DNA of 64,000 bases from Pseudomonadota bacterium. Lineage in GTDB: Bacteria > Bdellovibrionota > UBA1018 > CAIMNF01. The position numbers and the translations under genes are program-made. This document shows, piece after piece, positions 47,818 to 57,329 of this stretch. The notes under the pieces were generated by a model that was not told the DNA's origin, did no database searches, and saw only the letters and a list, made by a program, of their open reading frames with translations. Location of the stretch: the NCBI GenBank assembly GCA_027491115.1, contig JAIXWV010000035.1, positions 170 to 64,169 of the forward strand, read 5' to 3'. Numbering within the stretch: position 1 is the first letter of the stretch; each line of letters starts with the position of its first letter.

Positions 47818-50013
47818 CTATCCTGCACGTTCCAGAAGGGATGGCAGAAGGCTTTTGGGCAGAACCCGCACCCCCGCCCTGAGGGCCATCTCCATCAGCT
47901 CTGGCTCATCAAACCGACCCGTGACCAGGCAGGCTTGCCGTTCGAGCCCGAGCTCAGACAAGACCGATAACCCTTTGTTTTCAGGCTCATGGATGAAGTC
48001 TTGGTCCATGAGTACGAAGGTGCGCTCGAAGCCATCGAAATTCTTCGAGAAGTACTGTTTGAATGCGCGGAGGCTCTGGAACGACTGGATCGGGAATTTT
48101 GATGAGAGTTGGATGTTCCATGCCTCGTGAATGAGTGGATCGTCATCGACAATGATGACTTGCTCCCATCCTGAAGTGAGGAAATCCCCTTGTATCGGGA
48201 GACCTGCATCTGCGCGGGGTAGGGTGATGCTCACCTCGGTTCCTGATCCAGGTGAGCTCTCCACCGAAATGGAACCTCCGGAAGCATCCGCCAATTGTTT
48301 GGCATGGTGAAATCCGATTCCTGACCCACCAGTCTTTCCGTGACTGAACCCTGCTTCACCTAGACGGAGAACGGTCTCCGGAGCCATTCCGACTCCGTGG
48401 TCCTTTATTTTCAATATGAACTCATCATCGGTGAGCGAATCCAGGCTGACCGAGATCTTCCCTGTGGAATCGATACCATGGGCTTCTTGAGCATTGTTGA
48501 GAAGATTGGACACCATCCGGGTGAATCCGGCTTTTGACCCAAAAAGCAACGTCAGTCGACCGGAAGGTGTTGATTTGAATTCGATCGAACAGGGTTGGTT
48601 CAATCCAGAGTATTCGACCCGCTTTTCGGCGATGACAGCTTCAATGACCGAGTGAGGATGAAACAGAGATGTGTGTCGATCAGTGGATTCTCGTGCATCC
48701 GGAAGGTCAGCGTTCATCGGGCTACGATGGTGAAGGAGCGCATCCGCCACATCGCGGATACGACGAAGGGCTTGTTGGACGAGTTGGGGATCACTGCGAG
48801 TAACCCGTTCTTCCGATCCGACCAGGACTTCGAGAGTGGTCAGTGGAGACCTCAGATCGTGCGCCACCTGACGGGCCACCTCGAGCTCGATCTTGGCCCG
48901 TGCCACGAGCATGGCCTGTTGCTGATGGACATCAATCCGTTCCAGGAGGGCTTGGAACTGCTTGGCCAACTCGGTGACTTCGTCCGCACCTTCGATTTCA
49001 ATGCGGTTCAGAAGCGGAGAATCACGGTGACTTTGCTCGATAAGACTATTGAGAAGGCGGATCCGCAGTGTGAATCTTTTGGCCAATCCGAACGCCACGC
49101 AAAGGGCGAGAAGCCCCCAGACCATTGCATACCCAAGCCCTTTCAATAGCTCTTTCCGGATCCATTGATGGTGAGATTCATTCTTGATCATCAAAGAGAA
49201 GAGGTACTGGTGTCTCCCGGACCGTAGATCACCGGATTTTCTGCACTGACCACAGTCGGGGTGTGAAGAGTCCACCCAATTGAGGAGCCGGGTTCCTTCT
49301 TTAGAATGAATCACCGTCCGGGTGCTCTGGATCAGTTCAGGCAGTTTCACCCGTTCTGTTTCATAGCGGAACACCCCGCGCTCGAAACGGCCGAGGCTGG
49401 TTCCGTTCGGAGAGAGAATGTGGACTTCCAGGATTTCTGGATCGGAAGCCACCAGTTTCGAGAGGGCGGTTTCCATGAAGTCCGCTCTGAGTCCCGCATG
49501 CAAGAATCTACCCGTCGCCCGATGGAAGACGCTCAAGAATTTATAGGGTCTGATTTCAGGGTCCGGGGGAATCAACGGTGTGGAGAGGGGCATCTCTGGT
49601 CCTGACAAGAGCAAGCGGTACTCGTCTGAGAAGGAGTACAGATTCGGAATGAGTTCTGGGGCCTCGTTGGTGGAGCGGATGAACCGTCCAGAACGGTCGA
49701 TGATGAAGAAGTGCGACATTCCGAGCTGCTTTGCTTTTTGAACCAGAAGATCTCTCGAAGGAAGACCTCGAAGATCGTCGTGCTTCAGGTGCTGCAGCGC
49801 AAGCCACATCTTCGCCTCTGCATCCCGCTCAAACTGAAGGATACTCGCTGACAGCAGGGACAGGGTGTGTTCGTACTTCTCGATCCGGGCGCTTCCACGA
49901 GCCTCGATTCTGCGGTCCGAGTGGATGCCGATCGCAAGAAAGCCGATTCCACTCAAAACAGCCCCCAAAAGCAGGAACAGCTTGCCTTCGACACTTCTGA
50001 AGTAGCGCTTCAT
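47818..50013 (-). CDS. Sensor histidine kinase with C-terminal receiver-like domain
   Basis: Two TMs, HAMP, QVAHDLRSPL, NLLNNA, DHGVG, GSGIG, IIVDDD. Confidence 0.92.
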   Translation of the reverse strand: MKRYFRSVEGKLFLLLGAVLSGIGFLAIGIHSDRRIEARGSARIEKYEHTLSLLSASILQFERDAEAKMWLALQHLKHDDLRGLPSRDLLVQKAKQLGMSHFFIIDRSGRFIRSTNEAPELIPNLYSFSDEYRLLLSGPEMPLSTPLIPPDPEIRPYKFLSVFHRATGRFLHAGLRADFMETALSKLVASDPEILEVHILSPNGTSLGRFERGVFRYETERVKLPELIQSTRTVIHSKEGTRLLNWVDSSHPDCGQCRKSGDLRSGRHQYLFSLMIKNESHHQWIRKELLKGLGYAMVWGLLALCVAFGLAKRFTLRIRLLNSLIEQSHRDSPLLNRIEIEGADEVTELAKQFQALLERIDVHQQQAMLVARAKIELEVARQVAHDLRSPLTTLEVLVGSEERVTRSDPQLVQQALRRIRDVADALLHHRSPMNADLPDARESTDRHTSLFHPHSVIEAVIAEKRVEYSGLNQPCSIEFKSTPSGRLTLLFGSKAGFTRMVSNLLNNAQEAHGIDSTGKISVSLDSLTDDEFILKIKDHGVGMAPETVLRLGEAGFSHGKTGGSGIGFHHAKQLADASGGSISVESSPGSGTEVSITLPRADAGLPIQGDFLTSGWEQVIIVDDDPLIHEAWNIQLSSKFPIQSFQSLRAFKQYFSKNFDGFERTFVLMDQDFIHEPENKGLSVLSELGLERQACLVTGRFDEPELMEMALRAGVRVLPKSLLPSLLERAG

Positions 50014-50543
50014 TTGACGAACTCCTGCAGGTGTTGCTTCAAGTCCTCGGGCCAACGGGAGAACTCCGAGCGGGTCAGCATTTCGAAATCCCTGAAATCA
50101 AATCCAGGTGCGACAGTGGTTCCGACCAGTGAATAGCCGAAGGATCCTTCGACCCGTCGGGATGCCTGCCAAGACCCCGCAGGAATCACCGCTTGGGGCC
50201 GCTGTCCCTCCATGAGGTTGGAGCCAAGGTGGATCTTTTTGTGCGAGCCTGAAGAACCGATTTCATGGAGCTCGAGCGGATCGCCGAGGTAGAAGTGATA
50301 GATCTCATCCGACTGCAAACGGTGCAGCATGGAGTAGGAATCAGGTGTGACCAGGTAGTAAATTGAGCTGACCGTGGATCGCCGGCCCATCCAGAATTCG
50401 AGTTCTTGGCTTGAGAGAAACGTCCTGGCAAAGTAGCCACCCTCGGGCTCCAAGGGACGCAGGTCCAAGAGTCGAATGATGGTTGCAAGATCAATCGGAG
50501 GTGTCACGGGCTTGGCGATGGGATGCATGGTCTGATTCCTCAC
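50010..50543 (-). CDS. Cupin_5 (DUF985) family protein
   Basis: PEGGYF, SIYYL, HRL.SDEIYHFYLG, VAPGFDF.DFE. Confidence 0.9.
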   Translation of the reverse strand: MRNQTMHPIAKPVTPPIDLATIIRLLDLRPLEPEGGYFARTFLSSQELEFWMGRRSTVSSIYYLVTPDSYSMLHRLQSDEIYHFYLGDPLELHEIGSSGSHKKIHLGSNLMEGQRPQAVIPAGSWQASRRVEGSFGYSLVGTTVAPGFDFRDFEMLTRSEFSRWPEDLKQHLQEFVK

Positions 50544-50651
50544 TCAGGGAGATGCAAACTTCGAGCCCCCTCAGGTCTGTTCCAGAGGACTTAAGACCCA
50601 GGATTTGTGGCCCCTACACGACAATTCCGAGGATTGTGGTAGGCTGAAGAC

Positions 50652-51128
50652 ATGTCCATTCAGACCTGCCTGCGATGCAAAGGGCCTTGTGTTCAACACA
50701 ATCACGAAGGGGTAGCCATCGACCGGTGTTCGAGTTGCGGCGGGGCTTGGCTCGATCAGGGTGAGCTCGAGGCGATTGTCGAGTCTCGTGAGAATTCTCA
50801 TCCGGCCTCTTTTGTACAGGAAACGTTGAAGCAAGGTCAGGCTGGTCTTCCGGAAGGATCGCAAAAGGACCTGGTGGCGTGCCCGAAATGCGCGATGAAC
50901 ATGAAGGTCGTCAATTACGCCTATGATTCTGGAGTGATCATCAACGTTTGCCAGAGCCATGGAATTTGGCTCGACCCCAAGGAACTCGAGCGGATCGAGG
51001 CTTACCGCGATCATTGGAAATCCGAAGCCAACAAGCGTCGGGCAGAATGGTCCGAGCACATTCGCCCCGGGTCTACCGATGGCGCAACCGGAAGCGGACT
51101 CCTTCACTTTTTGAGAAGCCTCTTCTAA
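50652..51128 (+). CDS. Tandem zf-TFIIB-like zinc ribbon protein
   Basis: Two CxxC..IDxCxxCxGxWLDxxELE-type repeats. Confidence 0.85.
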   Translation: MSIQTCLRCKGPCVQHNHEGVAIDRCSSCGGAWLDQGELEAIVESRENSHPASFVQETLKQGQAGLPEGSQKDLVACPKCAMNMKVVNYAYDSGVIINVCQSHGIWLDPKELERIEAYRDHWKSEANKRRAEWSEHIRPGSTDGATGSGLLHFLRSLF

Positions 51129-51154
51129 GTCCGATAATAAAGATTATGTAAACT
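51127..51154 (+). other. dif-like XerC/XerD recombination site
   Basis: AAGTCCGATAA-TAAAGA-TTATGTAAACT: 11-6-11 structure with ATAA-N6-TTATGT core as in E. coli dif; intergenic apart from 2 nt of the upstream stop codon. Confidence 0.82.
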
Positions 51155-51159
51155 TATAC

Positions 51160-51180
51160 AAATGCAATCCGCTTGCATTT
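51160..51180. promoter_or_regulatory. Palindromic operator, probable Fur-family (Zur/Mur/Nur-like) box
   Basis: AAATGCAA-TCCGC-TTGCATTT, perfect 8-5-8 inverted repeat 16 bp upstream of the ABC ATPase start. Confidence 0.6.
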
Positions 51181-51196
51181 AAGTTCAACAAACCAT

Positions 51197-51931
51197 ATGT
51201 CTGAACGCATGATTCAGACCGAGTCCTTGTGCAAAGCCTTCAAAACCCGTGAGGGGGAAAAGCGTGCCGTCTCTGGCGTAAGCCTTTCGATTGCTACGGG
51301 TGAAATCTACTGTCTCCTGGGCGGAAATGGAGCCGGTAAGTCGACATTGGTGAACTTGTTGATGGGATTTCTTCCCCCGAGCTCAGGTGAGGCTCGAATT
51401 GACGGGATGTCAGTTCGAACCGGCATTCAAGAGATCAGAAAGCGGATCACCTACATTCCGGATCAGGTGAATCTTTATCCTGATCTGAGTGGTTTCGAGA
51501 ATCTCGAGTTTTTCATTGGACTGTCGAAGCCGGAACTTTCTCGAGACACCGATTTACTCCTCCGATCCATGGAAGCGGCAGGGCTCCCGCAAAACTCGAT
51601 TCACGAACCCGCTAGGACTTATTCAAAGGGTATGCGGCAGAAGATCGGTGTCGCACTCTCCATAGCCAAGCAGTCCAAGATCCTGATTTTGGATGAACCC
51701 ACCACCGGACTCGATCCGGTGTCTTCGAATGAATTTGCAAAGTTGATATTCGAACGCTCCCGCGAAAGTTCGGTAACAGTGCTCATGGTAACTCACGACC
51801 TTTTCAGAGCGAAACAGACCGGTGACCGGATCGGGATCATGAAAAACGGGTGTTTGGTTCAGGAAGCGAAAACTTCAAACCTCACTCATGACGCGATCGA
51901 GCGTTTGTACCTCGATCATATGGCAGAGTGA
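51197..51931 (+). CDS. ABC transporter ATP-binding protein
   Basis: GGNGAGKST, YSKGMRQK, LDEPTTGLDP, VTHD. Confidence 0.95.
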   Translation: MSERMIQTESLCKAFKTREGEKRAVSGVSLSIATGEIYCLLGGNGAGKSTLVNLLMGFLPPSSGEARIDGMSVRTGIQEIRKRITYIPDQVNLYPDLSGFENLEFFIGLSKPELSRDTDLLLRSMEAAGLPQNSIHEPARTYSKGMRQKIGVALSIAKQSKILILDEPTTGLDPVSSNEFAKLIFERSRESSVTVLMVTHDLFRAKQTGDRIGIMKNGCLVQEAKTSNLTHDAIERLYLDHMAE

Positions 51932-51934
51932 ACG

Positions 51935-53344
51935 ATGCGAACCGTTCTTTTCATCGCAAGACAAGAAATCAGGCAAATCCTTCGGGGCAAAATGCAGTGG
52001 ATCCTGATCGGATCCATCTGGGGATTGGTTGCCTTGAGCGCTTGGAGCGGGGGTATTCGCCATGCCTCACTGTCGAGTACCCATGAAGCGGTACACGCGT
52101 TCGAGAAGAAAGCTTGGGAAGATCAGCCGGATAGACACCCTCATCGAGCGGCCCATTTCGGACAATTCGCATTCCGACCGCCGGGGATCCTTGAGGTGAT
52201 CGAGTCGGGCGTCATGCCCTTCACCGGCTCTGCGATTTATTTGGAACCCCATGTCCGAAACGAGCCGGTGCTGGCTCCGTCCCGGAGCCTACCGCCATCA
52301 ACACGGATGGGGTATTTTCAAATCAATACGGTTTTCAGCCTCTTCATACCACTCATTCTGATTTTCATGGTGGTTCCGAGACTCCCCTATGAGTCAGGAT
52401 CGGGAATTCTACGGATCCTGGAAAGTCAGGGAATATTCCCACGCGAGATCTTACTCGGGAAGTCACTCGGTGCCTGGGGCGTGGCCTGCCTGGTATTCAT
52501 CCTGCCGTTGTTGGTTTTGGGATCCACGGTTCTACTAGCCACTTCGCCGGGCACTTACCTGCACTTTGTATTCTATGTGCTTCAAACAGCAGTATACTAC
52601 TTGCTATGGTGCTTAGCGTTTGTCACGGTTTCGTCGTATTTCAGAACGGAATCGGCGGCGATCGGTGCAGCGCTCGGCATTTTCATCGTGCAATCTTTGG
52701 TCATTCCACGAATCGTGCCGACTGTGGCTGAAACATTGCTGCCCGAGATGGGCACAGGACAATTCAAACAACGTCTCTATGCGGAACTTGCTAAGTCGCC
52801 GAACGGTCACCGTCCTGGAGGCCCCGAGTTCGACCTGTTCAAAAAACAGCTCATGGAGAAGCACGGAGTCGCCAAACTCGAAGATCTACCTTTCAACTAC
52901 GAAGGCCTCGTGATGCAAAAAGCCGAGGAACATTCGACCCGGGTGTTCCAAGCTGCCTTTGAAGAACAATGGGGGTTATTCGCCAGGCAGGAGCGTCTTG
53001 CCATCACACTCGCTTTCTTCTCCCCGACTGCAATTCAGCGAATCCTCTCGATGCATTTTACGAGAAGCCACTCGAGTGATCAGAGACACTTCGAGCTCGC
53101 AGTTGAAGGGCACAGAAACGGAATGAACCGGGACCTGAATACCCTTCTGACCAGCCTTCCCTACCAGGACCGTAAAACCAAGAAGCTCCCGGCTGCGACT
53201 TGGGCTGGAATCCCGACATTCAAAATGGAGGGGATGCCATTCAAGCACTCTTTGTCGTACGCAATGCCTGCGCTTCTCATCCTGGTTTTCCAAACAGCAT
53301 GGGCTGTCCTATTCCTGCTACGTAGGAGGTCGCTGTGCGCTTGA
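51935..53344 (+). CDS. ABC-2-type permease, DUF3526 family
   Basis: W..QPDRHPHRAAHFG.FAFRP, G..IYLE.H, LPFNYEG. Confidence 0.85.
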   Translation: MRTVLFIARQEIRQILRGKMQWILIGSIWGLVALSAWSGGIRHASLSSTHEAVHAFEKKAWEDQPDRHPHRAAHFGQFAFRPPGILEVIESGVMPFTGSAIYLEPHVRNEPVLAPSRSLPPSTRMGYFQINTVFSLFIPLILIFMVVPRLPYESGSGILRILESQGIFPREILLGKSLGAWGVACLVFILPLLVLGSTVLLATSPGTYLHFVFYVLQTAVYYLLWCLAFVTVSSYFRTESAAIGAALGIFIVQSLVIPRIVPTVAETLLPEMGTGQFKQRLYAELAKSPNGHRPGGPEFDLFKKQLMEKHGVAKLEDLPFNYEGLVMQKAEEHSTRVFQAAFEEQWGLFARQERLAITLAFFSPTAIQRILSMHFTRSHSSDQRHFELAVEGHRNGMNRDLNTLLTSLPYQDRKTKKLPAATWAGIPTFKMEGMPFKHSLSYAMPALLILVFQTAWAVLFLLRRRSLCA

Positions 53345-54600
53345 TCTCCCTGATTAAAAAAGAATGTAAGGTTCTATCCCGGGATCGCGCCTTTCTCTGG
53401 TCGGGTGGAGCTTTTGTGCTGCTCTCCGTGGTTTCGCAAATCCACGGCATGGTGGCTGTTTCAAGGATTCAGACAGATCATCTGAGCAGACTGGATGCCA
53501 CCCGTGAAAGCCACGAGCTCTATTTGGCGGAAGCCAAAGAAAACAAGGTCAAACTCGGCGCACATCTTTACAAAGCACGCATTCCTGTTACTTTCCCATT
53601 GCCTCCCGGTGCATCACTCGGATTGGCTACCCTCGAACAGGGCATCACAGGCCTTGACCTCTCTCTCAAGTCCTTCATTCCCCAGGTGTTCACTCCGACC
53701 TACTTCAATCCGATTCGACCCGCGTTGGGTTCACTGGACTATTGGGGCATACTGTCTTTTTTCGTTCCACTTTGGGTTCTGGCGCTGTGCTTCAACCTGT
53801 ATTCCAAAGAAGAGGAACTCGGTACCCTCCGACAACTGAGAGCCGAAGGTCTTGGAACGGCTCAGATACTCATGCCAAAAGCGATCAGTGTTGCCATCAT
53901 GATCGGAGGATTCATTTTCTCAATGTCTCTTCTTTCCTGGTTGCTGGCCCGCCCGTCACCGGATGGGAACCGAATGATCCGGATATTCGTCGCACAATGT
54001 GCATACCTCTTGTTCTGGGTTGGCATGGGTGTGGCGGTCGCAGCACTTCGTCTTTCGAGCGCTCGTTCGGCTTTGATGGCGCTAACAGTATGGGTTTCTC
54101 TCAATTGGGTGGTCCCCGAGATCTTCAACCTCAGGGATCGACCGGATTTGCACGAATCCTCCGTCCGTATCCTCTCTCGGCACCGAACAACTTTAAACCG
54201 TTACTGGGATCTTCCCAAGAAAGCACCTCTCGAGGCTTTCAACCACCCACCCGAATGGATGAAGACCGCTCTCGAGAACACAGACGAAGCATTCAGTTGG
54301 GGGTGGTACTACTCCATGCATGAAGCCACAGATGAGCAGTTCCGGAGCGCCTTCGAGTCGAACCGTATCAAGAGTGAAAAGCATAGCGAGGCACTGGCCT
54401 ACACGTCACTGGCAGGCTGGTTTGAATCCTACCTTGACGCCCAAATCGGGCTCGATACTCGTGAACGTTCCAACTCATTCGAGGTCGCGCAGAGAGCACG
54501 ACTCGAGCTTTTGACGCGATGGTTCCCATGGATGGTGCCGGACCAAGAGCTTGAGGTTCAACAAGTGCGAAACTTGATGAGGAGTGCGATCCATCAATGA
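53335..54600 (+). CDS. ABC-2-type permease, DUF3526 family (second subunit)
   Basis: NP....G.LD, E.E.GTL, FSWGWYY. Confidence 0.8.
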   Translation: MRLISLIKKECKVLSRDRAFLWSGGAFVLLSVVSQIHGMVAVSRIQTDHLSRLDATRESHELYLAEAKENKVKLGAHLYKARIPVTFPLPPGASLGLATLEQGITGLDLSLKSFIPQVFTPTYFNPIRPALGSLDYWGILSFFVPLWVLALCFNLYSKEEELGTLRQLRAEGLGTAQILMPKAISVAIMIGGFIFSMSLLSWLLARPSPDGNRMIRIFVAQCAYLLFWVGMGVAVAALRLSSARSALMALTVWVSLNWVVPEIFNLRDRPDLHESSVRILSRHRTTLNRYWDLPKKAPLEAFNHPPEWMKTALENTDEAFSWGWYYSMHEATDEQFRSAFESNRIKSEKHSEALAYTSLAGWFESYLDAQIGLDTRERSNSFEVAQRARLELLTRWFPWMVPDQELEVQQVRNLMRSAIHQ

Positions 54601-55796
54601 GTCCTACTAAAAACATTCTGGTATTGGGTGGTGGCACAGCTGGAGTGTTGCATGCAGCCTTGCTCGGCAGAAACCCGGATTTCAAGGTACGACTAGGATA
54701 CCGCTCAAAGAGTCCGGTTCCGGAGGGGCGCGCTATGAAGGTGCTTTCTCCAGACGGAAAGCTTCTGGCGGATACGGGATCGGTATCATGTGTCCAGATC
54801 AGTCGTGTGGAGCCTGACAGCGTCGATCATCTGGTCCTTTGCACACCCCTACATGAGATCCTCAGGGCTTTGGAGGAGGTGCTCCGGGCCGGTCTGCTCA
54901 GCCAAGATGCCAGTGTTGCGTCCATTGCCGCACTGCTCGGACTTCCTGAGGCAATGAGTGCATTGCTGGTGGAATATGGTAAGTCCCGAATCAGCTACAG
55001 AGCCTACAGCAATTTTTTTGCAGCAGCCCGTCCAGCAGGGGACCACTCCGCAATCCTAATCAACAAGATCAAAAATCGGATCTTCTACTGGGACTCAGGA
55101 GATTCCAATCTGCTGTGCTCCATTGAACGCTGGATGTTCACCGGACTTGAACAACGGGTCAGGGTCGAGCACCCGATGGAACTCGCATGCCGGAATATCA
55201 ATACTTGGGTCCATCCCCCACTGGTTTTCAGGGTGGAGACCCTCGATTCGATATTCATTCCCGGAGCTCCGCGTGTCGCTCTTTATGATCTGGGTCCGGG
55301 GAACGCGGTGAATTTGGAATCCATGCTCGAAATGGGTCAATATATGAAAGAAATAGAAGACCTATTCGAAACGATCGGAATTCGCTCCTGGAACACTCTG
55401 GCCTTCTTGAACGACGACAACTACCCCGTCAGCGAAGATCATCTCAAGCAATTGGAAATCGACGCATTTCCTGACTCCAGCATTCAGACCAAGGCAGGAC
55501 TTCTCATGAAAAGGTATGAAGGGCTGAGAGCTTCTTCACCGGGCTCGATTTATCCGGAACCTGCCACATGGCACCCTGTGACCGGGCTTAAAATTCCACG
55601 GATACCGCTGGAGGATGTTTACCAGTTGATGGTCTTGAAAAGTGTGGCCACCGGTCGTATCGAAACGCCGGTGATCGATCGATTTCTAGCTCGATTCGAA
55701 TCCGCAATTGAAAAAACAGGTCACGCACGAAAGACCGAAGCTCAGCTCTTCAGTGATTCCCTCACCCGCATCACCCAGGCGGTTCACTTGCACTGA
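54597..55796 (+). CDS. Opine metallophore dehydrogenase-like protein (CntM/staphylopine dehydrogenase family)
   Basis: Rossmann GGGTAG; RNINTWVHPPL, FLNDDNYPV and IPRIPLED match recalled CntM motifs. Confidence 0.72.
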   Translation: MSPTKNILVLGGGTAGVLHAALLGRNPDFKVRLGYRSKSPVPEGRAMKVLSPDGKLLADTGSVSCVQISRVEPDSVDHLVLCTPLHEILRALEEVLRAGLLSQDASVASIAALLGLPEAMSALLVEYGKSRISYRAYSNFFAAARPAGDHSAILINKIKNRIFYWDSGDSNLLCSIERWMFTGLEQRVRVEHPMELACRNINTWVHPPLVFRVETLDSIFIPGAPRVALYDLGPGNAVNLESMLEMGQYMKEIEDLFETIGIRSWNTLAFLNDDNYPVSEDHLKQLEIDAFPDSSIQTKAGLLMKRYEGLRASSPGSIYPEPATWHPVTGLKIPRIPLEDVYQLMVLKSVATGRIETPVIDRFLARFESAIEKTGHARKTEAQLFSDSLTRITQAVHLH

Positions 55797-56200
55797 ATGG
55801 ACTTACCGGCATTGGACTCGTGCTTTTTATCGAGCAAATTGCCATTTTCGTCTGCGCACAGGGAGACCTGGTACTGATTGTTGCCGACACTCTTATACAC
55901 TTTCCAGGCACACCCTGCATGACCGGCGGTGTCTTTGACCCAAAATACGTTTTTGAAATCGACGTCCGGAATGAACTTGTGTTGTCCACACTTGAACACC
56001 TGGTTCTTGTTCCCTTTGCCTTTTTTGACTTTGGAGAGTTCACCCATGGGATCCCAACGTGATCCCGGCTTCAGTCGGTTTTCGTGGCCGTTCAGCTGGG
56101 CGAGACGCCCGGCGAATTCTTTGGCTTGGTCACAGGGCTTTGCCGAGAAAGCTTCAAGCGAACCAAAACACAAGAGTAGCCCGAGGATCAGAGGACGCAT
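55784..56200 (-). CDS. Small secreted basic protein, possible toxin-like RNase domain
   Basis: Signal peptide; KDTAGHAGCAWKVY..ADENG..KH. Confidence 0.5.
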   Translation of the reverse strand: MRPLILGLLLCFGSLEAFSAKPCDQAKEFAGRLAQLNGHENRLKPGSRWDPMGELSKVKKGKGNKNQVFKCGQHKFIPDVDFKNVFWVKDTAGHAGCAWKVYKSVGNNQYQVSLCADENGNLLDKKHESNAGKSIQCK

Positions 56201-57234
56201 TGGACCACCTCCATTGATCTTCCATGGAAGCCGTGTTTACTCAAGGTTTCAATCGCATTCAAATCAGCGTCCGGGATCTTCCCCTTGGCCAGCTTCTGAT
56301 AGAAAGACTTGGGAAGCTTGCCGATAGTCTTCAATTTGGACAAATGCGACAAGAGCTTTTCCACTTTCATGAGGCGCTTGGCATATTGTGCGAGACTGAT
56401 CATCACTTTCCCGGATGCCGCTCCGGCAGTCAGTGCTGCAATGATGATATCCGTGCCGATGCTTCCCAAGAATGAACAGAGCAACTCCGCTCGAACCTCG
56501 TTCGGCATCGCTTGGATGGACCCTACGATTTGCGTGATTCGTGTATCGATATTGACGATGAAGTCCTTCATCTGCTTGAACTGAGACACGGCATCGTCCC
56601 AGAATTTTCCCGGGTCAGTGACCAAGGTCCAGAGTCCTTTGCCAATGGACTGAATCAAGCCTCCCGTGGAAGCCCACACACCCTGCAGGATTCCGCTCGC
56701 ACAGGAATAAACCGTCGACCAATAACCGCTTCCAAAGAAGCTTTTGATCGGTCCGAAACTGCCGAAGCTGAATCCCCCGCTCGAGCACTCCTTGGCGGAA
56801 GCAGAGGGCAGAATCAATTCCGTGAATCGGGATGCGATCCCGATACTTTTAGAGGCTTTTGAATCTTTTCTCGAATACGCCAGCCATTCCGACCGGGATA
56901 TTCCTACAGCAGCCAAAGAGACATAGGTGTTGTCGGATGTGGGGAACTCCACCAGCAAGTAGCCGTGCCTCTCCTCAATTCGGGATTCTTTCTTACCCTC
57001 AAGACGATCCAAAACCAGAATGGCGCGATCGAGTCTGGGATCGGTGTAGATCCGGTGCACCCCGGGATGGACCAAGGGCTCGCCTTTGATTTCATGGGTG
57101 AGGCCGAAACGAGAAGCAATCCCGGACACTTCGTCGGCAAAGGCAGTTCCACCGTGCATTTGCACGATCAATGCATAAATCAATGTGATCATGATCCGAA
57201 CCTTAAAAACCATGTCTTGAATCGTTTCGGACAT
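56188..57234 (-). CDS. Exported hypothetical protein with hydrophobic Gly/Ala-rich helices
   Basis: Signal-like N-terminus; GLWTLVTDP..IIAALTAGAA segment. Confidence 0.65.
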   Translation of the reverse strand: MSETIQDMVFKVRIMITLIYALIVQMHGGTAFADEVSGIASRFGLTHEIKGEPLVHPGVHRIYTDPRLDRAILVLDRLEGKKESRIEERHGYLLVEFPTSDNTYVSLAAVGISRSEWLAYSRKDSKASKSIGIASRFTELILPSASAKECSSGGFSFGSFGPIKSFFGSGYWSTVYSCASGILQGVWASTGGLIQSIGKGLWTLVTDPGKFWDDAVSQFKQMKDFIVNIDTRITQIVGSIQAMPNEVRAELLCSFLGSIGTDIIIAALTAGAASGKVMISLAQYAKRLMKVEKLLSHLSKLKTIGKLPKSFYQKLAKGKIPDADLNAIETLSKHGFHGRSMEVVQCVL

Positions 57235-57329
57235 CGTAGAAACTTCCTTGAGTGCTTGGAATTTGACGCCCCCTTTGTAGTTCAGGATTCAATATCGTTT
57301 GACCGAAGCGATAACGTGGAAAAAAAACG

